DNA from: an uncultured Clostridia bacterium
Lineage (GTDB): Bacteria; Bacillota; Clostridia; Christensenellales; UBA1242
Reading direction: 5' to 3'
Assembly: GCA_937874195.1 (NCBI GenBank)
Contig: CALNBM010000015.1
Location: 1,275 to 65,274, forward strand
DNA: 64,000 nucleotides
In this document: positions 17,916-28,321 of the stretch, one piece after another
How the letters are laid out: the number at the start of each line of letters is the position of its first letter
Position numbering within the stretch: the first letter of the stretch is position 1
The notes under the pieces: model-generated
The model's database searches: none
Told to the model about the DNA's origin: nothing
Seen by the model: the letters and a program-made list of their open reading frames with translations, nothing else
Translations under genes and position numbers: made by a program

Positions 17916-20246
17916 TTAATCATACGACTTCAATGCTTCAACCATATCAATTTTTTTAGTTTTAGGAATGGATAATAAATACACAATGCTTAAAAAAAAT
18001 AATGAAAGAATTGCCGTTATAATATAACTTACCCAACTAATAACTCTAGGAAAAATTATACCATCTATTATAATTCTACTAATAATAAAAGCATGCAATA
18101 AAGCACCCAGCCCCAATCCAAATAAAATGGCAAAACACGAAATAATAAGTGTTTCTCGAAAAATGTATCCCGACACTTCTATTTCATTATAACCAAGCAC
18201 TTTTAATGTGGCAAGGTCTCTGTGACGAGTGCTAATATTAATCAATGTTAAATTATAGTTTATAATTACAGCTAGCGCACATGCCGAGCCAAGCAATATT
18301 AATACAACTCCGTTCATGCTTTTTGATATTTCATTAAAAGAATGGGATAAATCTTTTTTTAACAAAACATGTAAAACATTAGCTTGATTTATTAGTTCAT
18401 CATATAATTTTTGCTCGTTTGCAAGAGAAGTTTTAGCATAAATTTTATTATAAGTTGGAGTTAATTGGGAACTTGCTACATTGTTTGAAATATAAACTAC
18501 ATTGCCAAAACTATATTTTATAATATCTGTAATAGTAACAGTTACATTGCCATTTTGCATACTTAAACTAAGTTCATCGCCACTCTTTAAATTATACTTA
18601 ACTGCAAGTGGTTGAGTTACAAAAACCGAATTTTTTTGCATATTTATTTTCTTATTGAATATGTTTTCAAAAGATATGAAGTTATTAATATTCTGTGTGT
18701 TTTCTGGAATCACTATGTTTATATAGTTTCCTTCATATTTTGCAGTTGTGTTCATAACTAATATTTGTTCAATATTTTCAAGTGTTGGTATATCTATTTC
18801 TGCATCCACTACGCCAATTTCCATTTGATAATTTAACATTTGTTGATATTGAAATTCGCCTGCATAATCGATAGAATTTTTAATACCAAACCCCGCCAAT
18901 AATAATGCTGTGCTACCAGCAATACCAATAAGTGTTAATATTAAATTTTGTCTATGTCTAAAAATATTTCTAATTGTGGACTTATATTTAAACGATAACC
19001 GCTTCCAAAGTGCAGTTTTTTCTAACAGTATTTTTTTACCTGCTTTAGGTGATTTCACTTTTAATAGTTGTGCAGGCTTTTGCTTTAAAACACTATTAAT
19101 GCTAATAAGTGTGGTTATTAGCACAAAAAACACCATAATCACAGATATAATTGAAATATACAAAACATTATAATGAATAATAAGACTTGGAAGTTGATAA
19201 CTAGCACTGTAAGCATTATAAATGATTGCTGGTATAAAATAAATACCCAGTGCAATTCCAAGCACGCATCCAACACCGGATGATAACAAAGCGTAAAACA
19301 CATATTTCCACATAATTTTACTCTTGCTATATCCAAGCGAACGCAAAGTGCCAATCTGCAAGCGTTGATCGGCAATAATTCGTGTGATAGAAGACATCGA
19401 CACTAATATGGTAATTAAAAAGAAAAAAACTGGGAAAATTAGTGATATGATTTCAACAATCTTTATATCCGATTGAAATTGTACAAAATCCTGAGTTTGG
19501 TTTAATGATTTAAAAAAAAAGTTGCCAAAAATATTTTTTAATTCGTTAATATTATCATCCACAAACACTTTGTATTCGTTAGAGAAAAAACTATAATTTT
19601 TAGTCTTATTTAATATTAGTGCAACATGCGTTGGTCCAGATATTTGCAAATGATTATAGTCGGTGTATATTGCGCAGTCTATTGTTCTTTGAGAAATTTC
19701 GGATACTTCCCGAATATTTGCAAATCGTAACGGATGCTTTACTATTCCAACCACTTCGAAGGATTTTTCCCAAAATGTGATTTTTTGTCCAATAAACATA
19801 TTCATTGTATATGCTTGGGAGTGTGAAACAACTATTTCAAGTTTTTCCAAACTATTCTCTGGAAATCTGCCTTCAAGCAACTGCAAATTATTAATATTAA
19901 AACCATTTTCAAAATCAAATAAAGTAATGCGTGCAACATAATTTCTATCGTTAATATTTATTGTTTCTTCCGCTTCAAAATATGGCATAATTTCTTTAAT
20001 TAAGTTATTTTGCGCTAACGCGTCAACTTCTTCTGTGGTGAAAGGTAAACCTTTTTGAACTATCATATCTGCAACATTGCTATTTATATAATACTGCTCT
20101 AGGGTATAACGCATATTTGGCGCGGCTGTTAATAATCCCACCAAAAAAGAAACGCCTAACGCCACAATTAAAACTATGGCAAATAATTTTAGCGCCAAAT
20201 GTTTAGTGTCTTTTAACACATATTTCGTATACTTTTTCACTACCAA
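17916..20246 (-). CDS. ABC transporter permease with duplicated FtsX/MacB-type domains
   Basis: Track ORF of 776 aa (TTG start; GTG at 20240 is also possible). Shows the N- and C-terminal 4-TM FtsX-like blocks and large extracytoplasmic domains typical of MacB/YtrF-type permeases. Overlaps the end of the ATPase gene. Confidence 0.7.
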   Translation of the reverse strand: MVVKKYTKYVLKDTKHLALKLFAIVLIVALGVSFLVGLLTAAPNMRYTLEQYYINSNVADMIVQKGLPFTTEEVDALAQNNLIKEIMPYFEAEETININDRNYVARITLFDFENGFNINNLQLLEGRFPENSLEKLEIVVSHSQAYTMNMFIGQKITFWEKSFEVVGIVKHPLRFANIREVSEISQRTIDCAIYTDYNHLQISGPTHVALILNKTKNYSFFSNEYKVFVDDNINELKNIFGNFFFKSLNQTQDFVQFQSDIKIVEIISLIFPVFFFLITILVSMSSITRIIADQRLQIGTLRSLGYSKSKIMWKYVFYALLSSGVGCVLGIALGIYFIPAIIYNAYSASYQLPSLIIHYNVLYISIISVIMVFFVLITTLISINSVLKQKPAQLLKVKSPKAGKKILLEKTALWKRLSFKYKSTIRNIFRHRQNLILTLIGIAGSTALLLAGFGIKNSIDYAGEFQYQQMLNYQMEIGVVDAEIDIPTLENIEQILVMNTTAKYEGNYINIVIPENTQNINNFISFENIFNKKINMQKNSVFVTQPLAVKYNLKSGDELSLSMQNGNVTVTITDIIKYSFGNVVYISNNVASSQLTPTYNKIYAKTSLANEQKLYDELINQANVLHVLLKKDLSHSFNEISKSMNGVVLILLGSACALAVIINYNLTLINISTRHRDLATLKVLGYNEIEVSGYIFRETLIISCFAILFGLGLGALLHAFIISRIIIDGIIFPRVISWVSYIITAILSLFFLSIVYLLSIPKTKKIDMVEALKSYD

Positions 20247-20944
20247 ATAACCTCATCAATATCTTTTGGTTTTGTGTTTTCTTTTATATCCTCAATTTTT
20301 CCATTTTTAACATATATAACACGATCAGCAATTTCTGTTATTGAGTTGTTATGCGTTACTAAAATAACGGTTTTGTTGTGCTCTTTACATATAGATTTCA
20401 AAAGTTTTAAAATAGTTTTACCCGTGTTAATATCAAGCGCGCCGGTAGGTTCGTCACAAAGCAATATTTGAGGATTTTTAGCAATCGCCCGCGCAATTGA
20501 CACCCTTTGTTGCTCACCACCGGAAAGTTGTGAAGGGAAATTATTTAATCTGTCGAGCAAATTCACTTGTTCTAACACTTGCTTTGATGATAGTGGTTCA
20601 CTGCTAATTTCGGAAGCGATTTCAACATTTTCAAGTGCGGTTAGTTGTGGCATTAAATTATAAAATTGAAAAACAAAACCAACATCATGTCTGCGATAAT
20701 ATGTTAATTTTTTAGGACTTAACTTACTAATATCTTTACCACCAACTATAATTTTTCCTTTATCGGCTGTGTCCATGCCACCAAGAATATTTAATATTGT
20801 TGTTTTTCCTGCACCGCTTGGTCCCACTATAACGCAAAATTCACTTTGAAATATTTGAAAATTAATATTATCATTTGCGAATATTGTTTGTTCACCAAAA
20901 TGATAAATCTTACTAACACTTTCGAATTTAACCACAGCTTCCAT
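20240..20944 (-). CDS. ABC transporter ATP-binding protein (MacB/LolD/FtsE-like)
   Basis: The track ORF extends to 20971. I prefer ATG 20944 (MEAVVKFESVSKIY) behind GGGGGTG. Walker A is GPSGAGKTT, the signature is LSGGEQQR, and Walker B is LLCDEPT. Confidence 0.8.
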   Translation of the reverse strand: MEAVVKFESVSKIYHFGEQTIFANDNINFQIFQSEFCVIVGPSGAGKTTILNILGGMDTADKGKIIVGGKDISKLSPKKLTYYRRHDVGFVFQFYNLMPQLTALENVEIASEISSEPLSSKQVLEQVNLLDRLNNFPSQLSGGEQQRVSIARAIAKNPQILLCDEPTGALDINTGKTILKLLKSICKEHNKTVILVTHNNSITEIADRVIYVKNGKIEDIKENTKPKDIDEVIW

Positions 20945-21152
20945 TTTTATACTCGCACCCCCATATGTCATATTCTGATTAATTTTATAGCACTGTTTAA
21001 CTTTTACTTAAATTTTAATCTTTTTATAATTAAACAACAAGCAATTTTGCATTTAGATTTTATCCATTTTGTTTTTTTGTACAAAAATAAAGTTGTTTTT
21101 ACAAAAAAACAACTAATATAATCACTTTATACTAATAAATAGACTTTAAAAT

Positions 21153-21755
21153 TTATTCCCTTTCTTGCTCGCGCGATTTTACGCTTTCTTTTTCTTTCTT
21201 TTGAAACGCAAGCTCATGCGAAAAGTTTTTTAAAAATTTTTCGTTTTCTGGTTGAAACTGCGGATGAGATTGCAATTTATAGAAAAATACAACGCCGTAA
21301 TCTCCTTCCGCAACCACATTAAGATCGTTGTCAAATATATCGTTCATTTTCTCAACATTTTTGCGAAACTTTGGTGTGTCATTTTTATCTATAAAAGTGT
21401 TTAGCACAGTTTTAGTAAGATTTGTGTAAAACTTGGCTTCTTCCAACATTTTTTCATCAACTTTTTTATCTTGTGAGAAATTCAAAAAGCCCTGTTTACT
21501 AGCATTTTGGTTAGATAGATGCCTAATAAACATTTTATGATAATCTAGGGTGTTGTCGTATTCTATAACTGCTTTTGCAAATTCTAATGAAATATTTTTT
21601 GTTTTATAGTCTATAAATAGGAATTTATTATTAACATCTTTTATGCTGGTTTCATCGTCATAAAGTGCAGTGTTAAATTTTATATTTTCTTTATTATAGT
21701 AATTTAATATTTTTTTGGCTTTAAGCTTAATTATTTCTGTTTTTATATCGCTCAT
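21153..21755 (-). CDS. hypothetical protein
   Basis: Track ORF of 200 aa with a GAGGT RBS. Lys/Glu-rich C-terminus. No recognised motif. Confidence 0.45.
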   Translation of the reverse strand: MSDIKTEIIKLKAKKILNYYNKENIKFNTALYDDETSIKDVNNKFLFIDYKTKNISLEFAKAVIEYDNTLDYHKMFIRHLSNQNASKQGFLNFSQDKKVDEKMLEEAKFYTNLTKTVLNTFIDKNDTPKFRKNVEKMNDIFDNDLNVVAEGDYGVVFFYKLQSHPQFQPENEKFLKNFSHELAFQKKEKESVKSREQERE

Positions 21756-22007
21756 TAATTAAACCTCGTTTTGTTTTAATATCGTAAAAAATCAAAATTC
21801 ATTAAATATTTGATTAAGACATTTACTTTTACTTCTACTTTTATATGATTAAAAAATTATTTGAGTGTTTTTTAAAGCATATAATACATGCGTTTATTAG
21901 CATAATTAGAATAAAATAAAACGTATCATTGATTAATTGAACCAAAAAAAACTTAAAAAATTTTTAAGTAAGCTGAAAAATTTTTGATTTTTGCATTTTT
22001 TGTATTT

Positions 22008-22030
22008 AATTCACGAGTACGCATGAACTA
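22008..22030 (+). repeat. dispersed intergenic element, truncated copy D (AATTCACGAG-tacg-CATGAACTA)
   Basis: Carries both conserved ends of copies A to C but lacks the ~35-nt middle. Confidence 0.3.
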
Positions 22031-22164
22031 AACTTTTTCGTAATTTACAATATAAACAGAAAATCTATTGTGCAAGATAATTATAGTAAGTTAACAAGAT
22101 ATTTCATTTTATGTATTATGATTTATTATTTGCTATACAAGAAATAACAAATCACAAATCGTTA

Positions 22165-22344
22165 TTAATCTTTCTTTACAAAAAGATTGCATTTGCAATT
22201 ATAATTTTTAATAAAATCATCACACGGACAAAGTGTGGTTTCATCAATATTTAACCTGCATGGACAGTGTCCTTTTCTTTTTGCAATCCCTTGAACAATT
22301 CGGTTCACGTATTCAACATCTGGATTTAAAATATAATTCTTCAT
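22165..22344 (-). CDS. ferredoxin:thioredoxin reductase catalytic-chain-like small Cys-motif protein (59 aa, below track cut-off)
   Basis: Reverse strand has an AGGAGG RBS 6 nt before ATG 22344. Translation is MKNYILNPDVEYVNRIVQGIAKRKGHCPCRLNIDETTLCPCDDFIKNYNCKCNLFVKKD, with stop TAA at 22167..22165. The CPCR...CPC...CxC..LF spacing matches the FTR catalytic subunit. The gene lies directly downstream of trxA. Confidence 0.7.
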   Translation of the reverse strand: MKNYILNPDVEYVNRIVQGIAKRKGHCPCRLNIDETTLCPCDDFIKNYNCKCNLFVKKD

Positions 22345-22431
22345 AATTTCCTCCTAAAGTAATAAATTTTATTAACAAAACTTATATTGTTTTATACACA
22401 AATCTATAAAAAAATGTTAAACATCCACAAA

Positions 22432-22746
22432 TCATTTATGTTTTTCCATTATATGCATTATATCGTTTGCTCTTCTAAAACCTTCTAATCGTTCCACTTC
22501 TTCGCCATCTTTAAAGATAATAAGGGTTGGTAGAACGGAAACTTTTAATGAAGATGCAAGCTCATAGTTTTCATCACTATTTATTTTCACAATGTCAAAA
22601 AACAAATCTTCTTCATGGTCTAAGTTTTCAAATTCTTTCGCTATCATTTGACATGGTCCACACCATGAAGCAAAAACATCTAAAATAAACAACTTTTTAG
22701 TTTGTTTTACTTTGTTAAAATTTTTTTGATCTGTATAAATTATCAT
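22432..22746 (-). CDS. trxA: thioredoxin
   Basis: Track ORF of 104 aa with the WCGPC active site and an AAGGAGA RBS. Ends in TGA. Confidence 0.9.
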   Translation of the reverse strand: MIIYTDQKNFNKVKQTKKLFILDVFASWCGPCQMIAKEFENLDHEEDLFFDIVKINSDENYELASSLKVSVLPTLIIFKDGEEVERLEGFRRANDIMHIMEKHK

Positions 22747-23124
22747 ATAATTCTCCTTTTTTTATAGTTCGCAAGTTGTTTGAATAATTTTTTAATTATA
22801 TATGTATTTTTTAATTTGTAATAATTTACTAGTCCAATTTTTTCGTTTTCAACAATGTTCCAATTTCTTAACTTTGCTAATTCTTTAAGATATAAAAGAT
22901 TGAGATTTATTTAAACAATTAACCAAACTTATTACATCCACCTGTCCTTTATTTAATAATTGATATAACATACAAAGCCTTGCTAGGATTACTTAAAATT
23001 TTATATAAATTAGTAAACTTCCAAATTTTTTTTCATTAGATAAATTTTCATAATACCACTTCAAACATTACTAGCACTCTTATTATATTAGTTTTTACTA
23101 ATATTTACAACTTAAATTAATTTT

Positions 23125-23940
23125 TTAATACTCATCTAAAAAATTATGTTTAACTCCATTTTTTTCATATCCAATTACTGTGTTTAAATTAATATTTTTT
23201 AAACTTGTAAATATGTTGTCCACAAACTTATTATTCATATTTTCTAAACTATTAATTAATTGCTTCATCTCATAGCGTTTTGACTCATTTTCTTTGTTCA
23301 AATTCCGTTTTATATAAAGAGGACAGGCACAATTTATAAACTGCAAATTAAACTTGCTTGCCCATCTAATTATATCCTTTTCACGAATATAATACATAGG
23401 GCGAATCAACTCCAACCCCTCATAATTTTGACTATGAAGTTTGGGCATCATAGTTTTTAATTGTCCGTTATAAAGCATGGAAAGTAGTGTTGTTTCAACC
23501 ACATCATCAAAGTGATGACCAAGGGCAATTTTATTGCAACCAAGTTCTCTCGCATGCGAATAAAGCACTCCTCTTCTAATTCTAGCACATAAATAACATG
23601 GTGAACCATTTTCTACGCTTGCAACATGTTCAAAATAATTAACATCGAATATTTTTATATCCACACCGAGTTTTTTTGCATTATCTAAAATAACTTGCCT
23701 GTTTTGTTCACTATAACCGGGATTTATAACTAAAAACACTAATTCAAAATTTATTTTATTATGTTTTTTTAATTCTTGCATTAGTTTGGCAAGTAAAAAT
23801 GAATCCTTGCCACCCGATATACACACAGCAATTTTATCAAACTCACTTATTAATTTATACTTAACAACTGCGGACACAAATTTAGACCACAACTCTTTGC
23901 GATAAGTTTTTATTAAACTTTTTTCAATTTCTGCTAACAT
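23125..23940 (-). CDS. ttcA: tRNA 2-thiocytidine biosynthesis protein TtcA family (PP-loop ATPase)
   Basis: Track ORF of 271 aa with the SGGKDS PP-loop and the CYLC and CACP cysteine motifs. Confidence 0.7.
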   Translation of the reverse strand: MLAEIEKSLIKTYRKELWSKFVSAVVKYKLISEFDKIAVCISGGKDSFLLAKLMQELKKHNKINFELVFLVINPGYSEQNRQVILDNAKKLGVDIKIFDVNYFEHVASVENGSPCYLCARIRRGVLYSHARELGCNKIALGHHFDDVVETTLLSMLYNGQLKTMMPKLHSQNYEGLELIRPMYYIREKDIIRWASKFNLQFINCACPLYIKRNLNKENESKRYEMKQLINSLENMNNKFVDNIFTSLKNINLNTVIGYEKNGVKHNFLDEY

Positions 23941-24170
23941 GTTTATATATTATCATAAAACTTTGTGATTAATAATTAAATTTTTATATTTAAATAATTT
24001 TACACATAAAAATAGTATTTTGATATATTTTGATAAAAAATTTAATAATAATCATCTGTTATAGTTGATTTATTCACCATATAAGCACGGTAACAGCTTG
24101 ATAACATTTGCTAAAAAAAATTAAAATGTTATAATATAGGCAAAATTAACTATATTTTAAAGGAAAATTG

Positions 24171-25673
24171 ATGAGGTTTATAAAATCAATATTTAGTAGA
24201 GCGACTGTTATTAGTTTACTGATTATTTTTCAAATAGCAGTGTTGTTTATGTTCATTTTTAACCTGACCAATTACACCTGGATATACCTTACCATTCTGC
24301 CTTTGTTTACTATAATTGCATATATTCGCATAAACAATAAAAAACTTAATCCAACTCAACAAATTCTTTGGATAACTTTATTGATTGTTTTTCCTTTGCT
24401 TGGACTAATCTTATATTGTATTTTTGGTGAAACTAGACTTCTGCGCCGAGAAAAAAAAGCATTTAAAAATATTTATGAGAAAAATAAAAAATATACATCA
24501 GTTACTAATCTACATTTGCCAGACTATCAAGGGCAAAGCGATTATTTGTTTAACACACTTGGATTTCCAGCTTTTAATAACACTTCAACTAGATATTTTA
24601 GTAGCGGAGAAAAATTTTTTGAGCAACTAATAGTTGATTTAAAAAGTGCGAAACAATTTATTTTTTTAGAATTCTACATAATAAATAATGGAATTATGTG
24701 GAATACGATTCTGGATAATCTTGTGCAAAAAGTGAAAGAAGGCGTAAAAGTTAAAATTGTTTACGATGATATTGGAACTATCGCTAATTCATCTAGCCGT
24801 TACCCTAAAACACTTAGAAATAAAGGTATTGACTGCAAAATATTTAATAAATACAACCTTTTAACCACCGTATCCCACAATAATAGAGACCACCGAAAAA
24901 TAATGATAATTGATGGGAAAATTGCGTATACCGGTGGAATTAATATTTCAGATGAGTATATAAATAAAGATAACAATCACCACTATTGGAAAGACACCGC
25001 TGAAAGAATTGAGGGAAATGCAGTTCAAAACTTTACACTATCCTTTTTAAATATATATGAACTTAGTGGTGGTATTGCCGACTATGATAAATATTTAGCC
25101 ATAAATCACAATCAACCACAAGATGGATTCGTTCAGCCTTTTGTTACTGGACCTATGCCTTTTTATAACGACACACATGCTATAAATATACTGTTAAATT
25201 TAATTAATCAGGCGAAGAAGAAATTATATATCGTAACGCCTTACTTTATTCCTGACTATCAAATTATGAACGCTCTAATTGTGGCGCAAAATCGCGGAGT
25301 GGATGTGCGAATGATAATTGCTCATATCCCCGACAAAAAAATTGTTTACTTAATCACACGCGCCAACTGTGTTGAACTTATAAAAAACGGTATAAAGGTA
25401 TGCAGATATAAAAATGCTTTTGTGCATGCAAAAAGCGTGTTAGTGGATGACGAAGTAGGATTAATCGGTTCTATAAATTTTGATTTTAGAAGTTTTGTAC
25501 ACAACTTTGAATGTGGTATTTGGCAATATAAAACAAACGCTTTAAAAGAGTTAAAAGAAGACTGTGAAGACATGTTTAACACTCATGGTTATATTGAAAT
25601 AAAAGATTTAAAAGTAAACTTCTTTGAAAAAACTATTGCGAACATTTTTAAAGTGCTATATTCAATATTTTAA
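24171..25673 (+). CDS. cls: cardiolipin synthase
   Basis: The track ORF begins at TTG 24168; ATG 24171 is preferred. Two N-terminal TM helices and two HKD motifs (HRKIMIIDG and HAKSVLVDD...GSINFD). Confidence 0.85.
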   Translation: MRFIKSIFSRATVISLLIIFQIAVLFMFIFNLTNYTWIYLTILPLFTIIAYIRINNKKLNPTQQILWITLLIVFPLLGLILYCIFGETRLLRREKKAFKNIYEKNKKYTSVTNLHLPDYQGQSDYLFNTLGFPAFNNTSTRYFSSGEKFFEQLIVDLKSAKQFIFLEFYIINNGIMWNTILDNLVQKVKEGVKVKIVYDDIGTIANSSSRYPKTLRNKGIDCKIFNKYNLLTTVSHNNRDHRKIMIIDGKIAYTGGINISDEYINKDNNHHYWKDTAERIEGNAVQNFTLSFLNIYELSGGIADYDKYLAINHNQPQDGFVQPFVTGPMPFYNDTHAINILLNLINQAKKKLYIVTPYFIPDYQIMNALIVAQNRGVDVRMIIAHIPDKKIVYLITRANCVELIKNGIKVCRYKNAFVHAKSVLVDDEVGLIGSINFDFRSFVHNFECGIWQYKTNALKELKEDCEDMFNTHGYIEIKDLKVNFFEKTIANIFKVLYSIF

Positions 25674-25690
25674 TTACCGCTAAACAACAA

Positions 25691-25718
25691 AAAAACCGCT
25701 AATTAAGAGCGGTTTTTT
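25691..25718. terminator. bidirectional terminator between convergent cls and pheT
   Basis: AACCGCT (25694..25700) pairs with AGCGGTT (25708..25714). A-run before, T-run after. Confidence 0.7.
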
Positions 25719-25922
25719 GTTTTATATATAAGTGAATTCCGTTTATTTATAAGTATTTTATTATATCTAAAAATCAATCTTAACTCTAATACTATACTCT
25801 ACACAAACAACTACGAATTTAAAAGAAAATTAATAACACAAAATAACTCAAGCCGAAGTAAAACTACAAAATAACAAAATATATGTTTTTTTAGCCCAAT
25901 CTTTTACTTATTTAAAATATTA

Positions 25923-28307
25923 TTATAATGGGCAATAATCTGTGATGCTTTTTAAGTTTATTCCCTGTTTCGCAAATGCGTTTACCACATTTTTATGAAA
26001 CTCCTCTAATTCTCCGCCTGTTAGTGTTCTACAATTTGAGCATAAAATGTATCTAATAGTATAACTTTTGCTATTGTCGTTAGGACTTTCAAAAATATCA
26101 ATAAGTTCCACTTTATAATCACAATCTGCTTTAATGCTATATGCAATCTTTTCTATTTCTTGATAAAGTGTGGCTTTTGATAGAGAGAAAGAAAAATCTA
26201 GTTGGCATTTTTGGAACTTGGAAACCGTTTCAAATACTGTTGGTTTGCTTTCTAATTGTAAAATACTTGAAAAGTCCAGTTCTGCGATTGCGATTGATAT
26301 TTTCTTATCTATTGTTTTCTCAATTCGGGGATGAATAAAACTAATAAATCCAACTGTTTTATTATCAGCACTTATTTCATAATAGTTTATAGGATGCAAA
26401 TATTCTAAATTTGAAGTTGCTTTTGTTATTTTAATATCTGCTTTTATCACCACTTCAAACATATATTGTATGACATTTTTAAGAGTAATTAGTAAATTAT
26501 CGCGCTCAGTTTTAGATGCAATAGTCAGCGTTAGATTTTTGGTTTCATTCACATCACCATTTTTGTGCAGTGATTTAACCACTCTGCCGATTTCAAAAAT
26601 TTTAAAAGAGTCATAATCATTTTTATTATCTATAACATTTTTTAGTTGTGAAGGAATTAAAGTGGACCTTATTTCATTGTTATCTTTTTGAATAGAATTA
26701 ATCACTTTTATATTTGATGCTGGCATTATACTGAGTTCTTTATTAACATAAGCATCATACCAAATATAACTATGCATTTCATGAAAATTATATCTGGAAG
26801 CAAGCATTTTCTTAACTTCATATTCAGTATGCACTTCGTGGTTTTGTTTGCTTGGTTCAACTGTTTGTACCACACTTTTAGGTTGAATATTATCATAGCC
26901 ATACATTCTTGCAATTTCCTCAATAATATCGGCTTTGCTCTCCATATCTTTTGTGGCTCTAAATGAAGGAATTTGCACCTTATATTCGCCTACATCTTGA
27001 ATTAGCACTTCACATTCCAAACGGGATAATATGTCAATTATTTTGCTTTCGGGAATATTCACACCTATAAAATCATCAATATATTTTTTAGTTATTGAAA
27101 TGGAATGCTGTGGATATTGATAATTATATATATCGGTAAACGAACTGGAAATTATAGCATTATTATCGTGTTTTTTAATTAAATATACAAACCTTTTTAA
27201 AGATAACATTGCAAGTTCCGGGTCTAATGACTTTTCATATCTAGCACTGCTTTCTGTTCGTAAAAATAGTGCAGATGAGGTTTTTCTAACACTGTATCCA
27301 TTAAAACATGCGCTCTCAATAAACACACTATTTGTGTTATTTGTAATACTTCCCTGCATGCCACCCATAACACCTGCAATAGCCATAATTTCATTATTTG
27401 ATTTTATAACCATTGTGTTTGCAGGCAATTCCCGTTCTTTGTCGTCTAGTGTTATAAACTTTGTTTGTTTAGATAGGTTTTCCACACGGATATTTTTAAT
27501 AAATTCATTATCAAAAGCATGCATTGGTTGCCCATACTCTAACATAATGTAGTTAGAAATATCGGTTAAAAAATTAATTTTTCTCATACCGCAATAAAAA
27601 AGTCTGATTTGCATATTAATAGGCGACACTTTTTTAGTGATATTTGTTACTGTGCTTGCACAATATCTATAACATTCATCGGTATCCACTTCCACATGTA
27701 AATCTGGCAGGTTAGTTTTTTCATTCCAAACTGGCGGAGAAACAAGTTCTTTCTTTAAAAGAGTGGCAATCTCTCTTGCAATGCCGTAATGACCCCACAT
27801 ATCTGGTCTGTTAGTTAAACTTTTATTATCTACTTCAAAAACAACATCATCTATATTTAGGACTTTTTTAATATCAACACCAATCGGCGTGTTTTCGTCT
27901 AAAATAAGTAGTCCGCTATGGTCATCAGAAATTCCTAACTCTTGCCCACTGCAACACATACCATAACTATCAACACCCCCAACTGTTGCTTTTGCGATGG
28001 CTAACTCTCCAACTTTTCCACCAATAAGCGCCACTGGAACAATACTATCCACTATCGCGTTAGGTGCACCACAAACAATATTTAACACTTCCTTTTTAAT
28101 ATCAACTTTTAAAAGTTTTAATTTTTTACTATTAGGATGATTTTCCACACTAATAATCTTACCTGTTACCACATTTTGAACATTTTTTCCTTTTTCAAAA
28201 ATATCTTCAACCTCAGCACAAGAAAGAGTAAACTTGTTTATAAGTTCTTTTACATTAGTGTCTTTTAAATCAACATAATCGTTTATCCAATTTAATGAAA
28301 TATACAT
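25923..28307 (-). CDS. pheT: phenylalanine--tRNA ligase beta subunit
   Basis: Track ORF of 794 aa. N-terminus MYISLNWINDYV and the tRNA-binding, B3/4 and B5 domain pattern fit PheT. Lies directly after pheS. Confidence 0.9.
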   Translation of the reverse strand: MYISLNWINDYVDLKDTNVKELINKFTLSCAEVEDIFEKGKNVQNVVTGKIISVENHPNSKKLKLLKVDIKKEVLNIVCGAPNAIVDSIVPVALIGGKVGELAIAKATVGGVDSYGMCCSGQELGISDDHSGLLILDENTPIGVDIKKVLNIDDVVFEVDNKSLTNRPDMWGHYGIAREIATLLKKELVSPPVWNEKTNLPDLHVEVDTDECYRYCASTVTNITKKVSPINMQIRLFYCGMRKINFLTDISNYIMLEYGQPMHAFDNEFIKNIRVENLSKQTKFITLDDKERELPANTMVIKSNNEIMAIAGVMGGMQGSITNNTNSVFIESACFNGYSVRKTSSALFLRTESSARYEKSLDPELAMLSLKRFVYLIKKHDNNAIISSSFTDIYNYQYPQHSISITKKYIDDFIGVNIPESKIIDILSRLECEVLIQDVGEYKVQIPSFRATKDMESKADIIEEIARMYGYDNIQPKSVVQTVEPSKQNHEVHTEYEVKKMLASRYNFHEMHSYIWYDAYVNKELSIMPASNIKVINSIQKDNNEIRSTLIPSQLKNVIDNKNDYDSFKIFEIGRVVKSLHKNGDVNETKNLTLTIASKTERDNLLITLKNVIQYMFEVVIKADIKITKATSNLEYLHPINYYEISADNKTVGFISFIHPRIEKTIDKKISIAIAELDFSSILQLESKPTVFETVSKFQKCQLDFSFSLSKATLYQEIEKIAYSIKADCDYKVELIDIFESPNDNSKSYTIRYILCSNCRTLTGGELEEFHKNVVNAFAKQGINLKSITDYCPL

Positions 28308-28321
28308 AACTTTTTTCCTTC

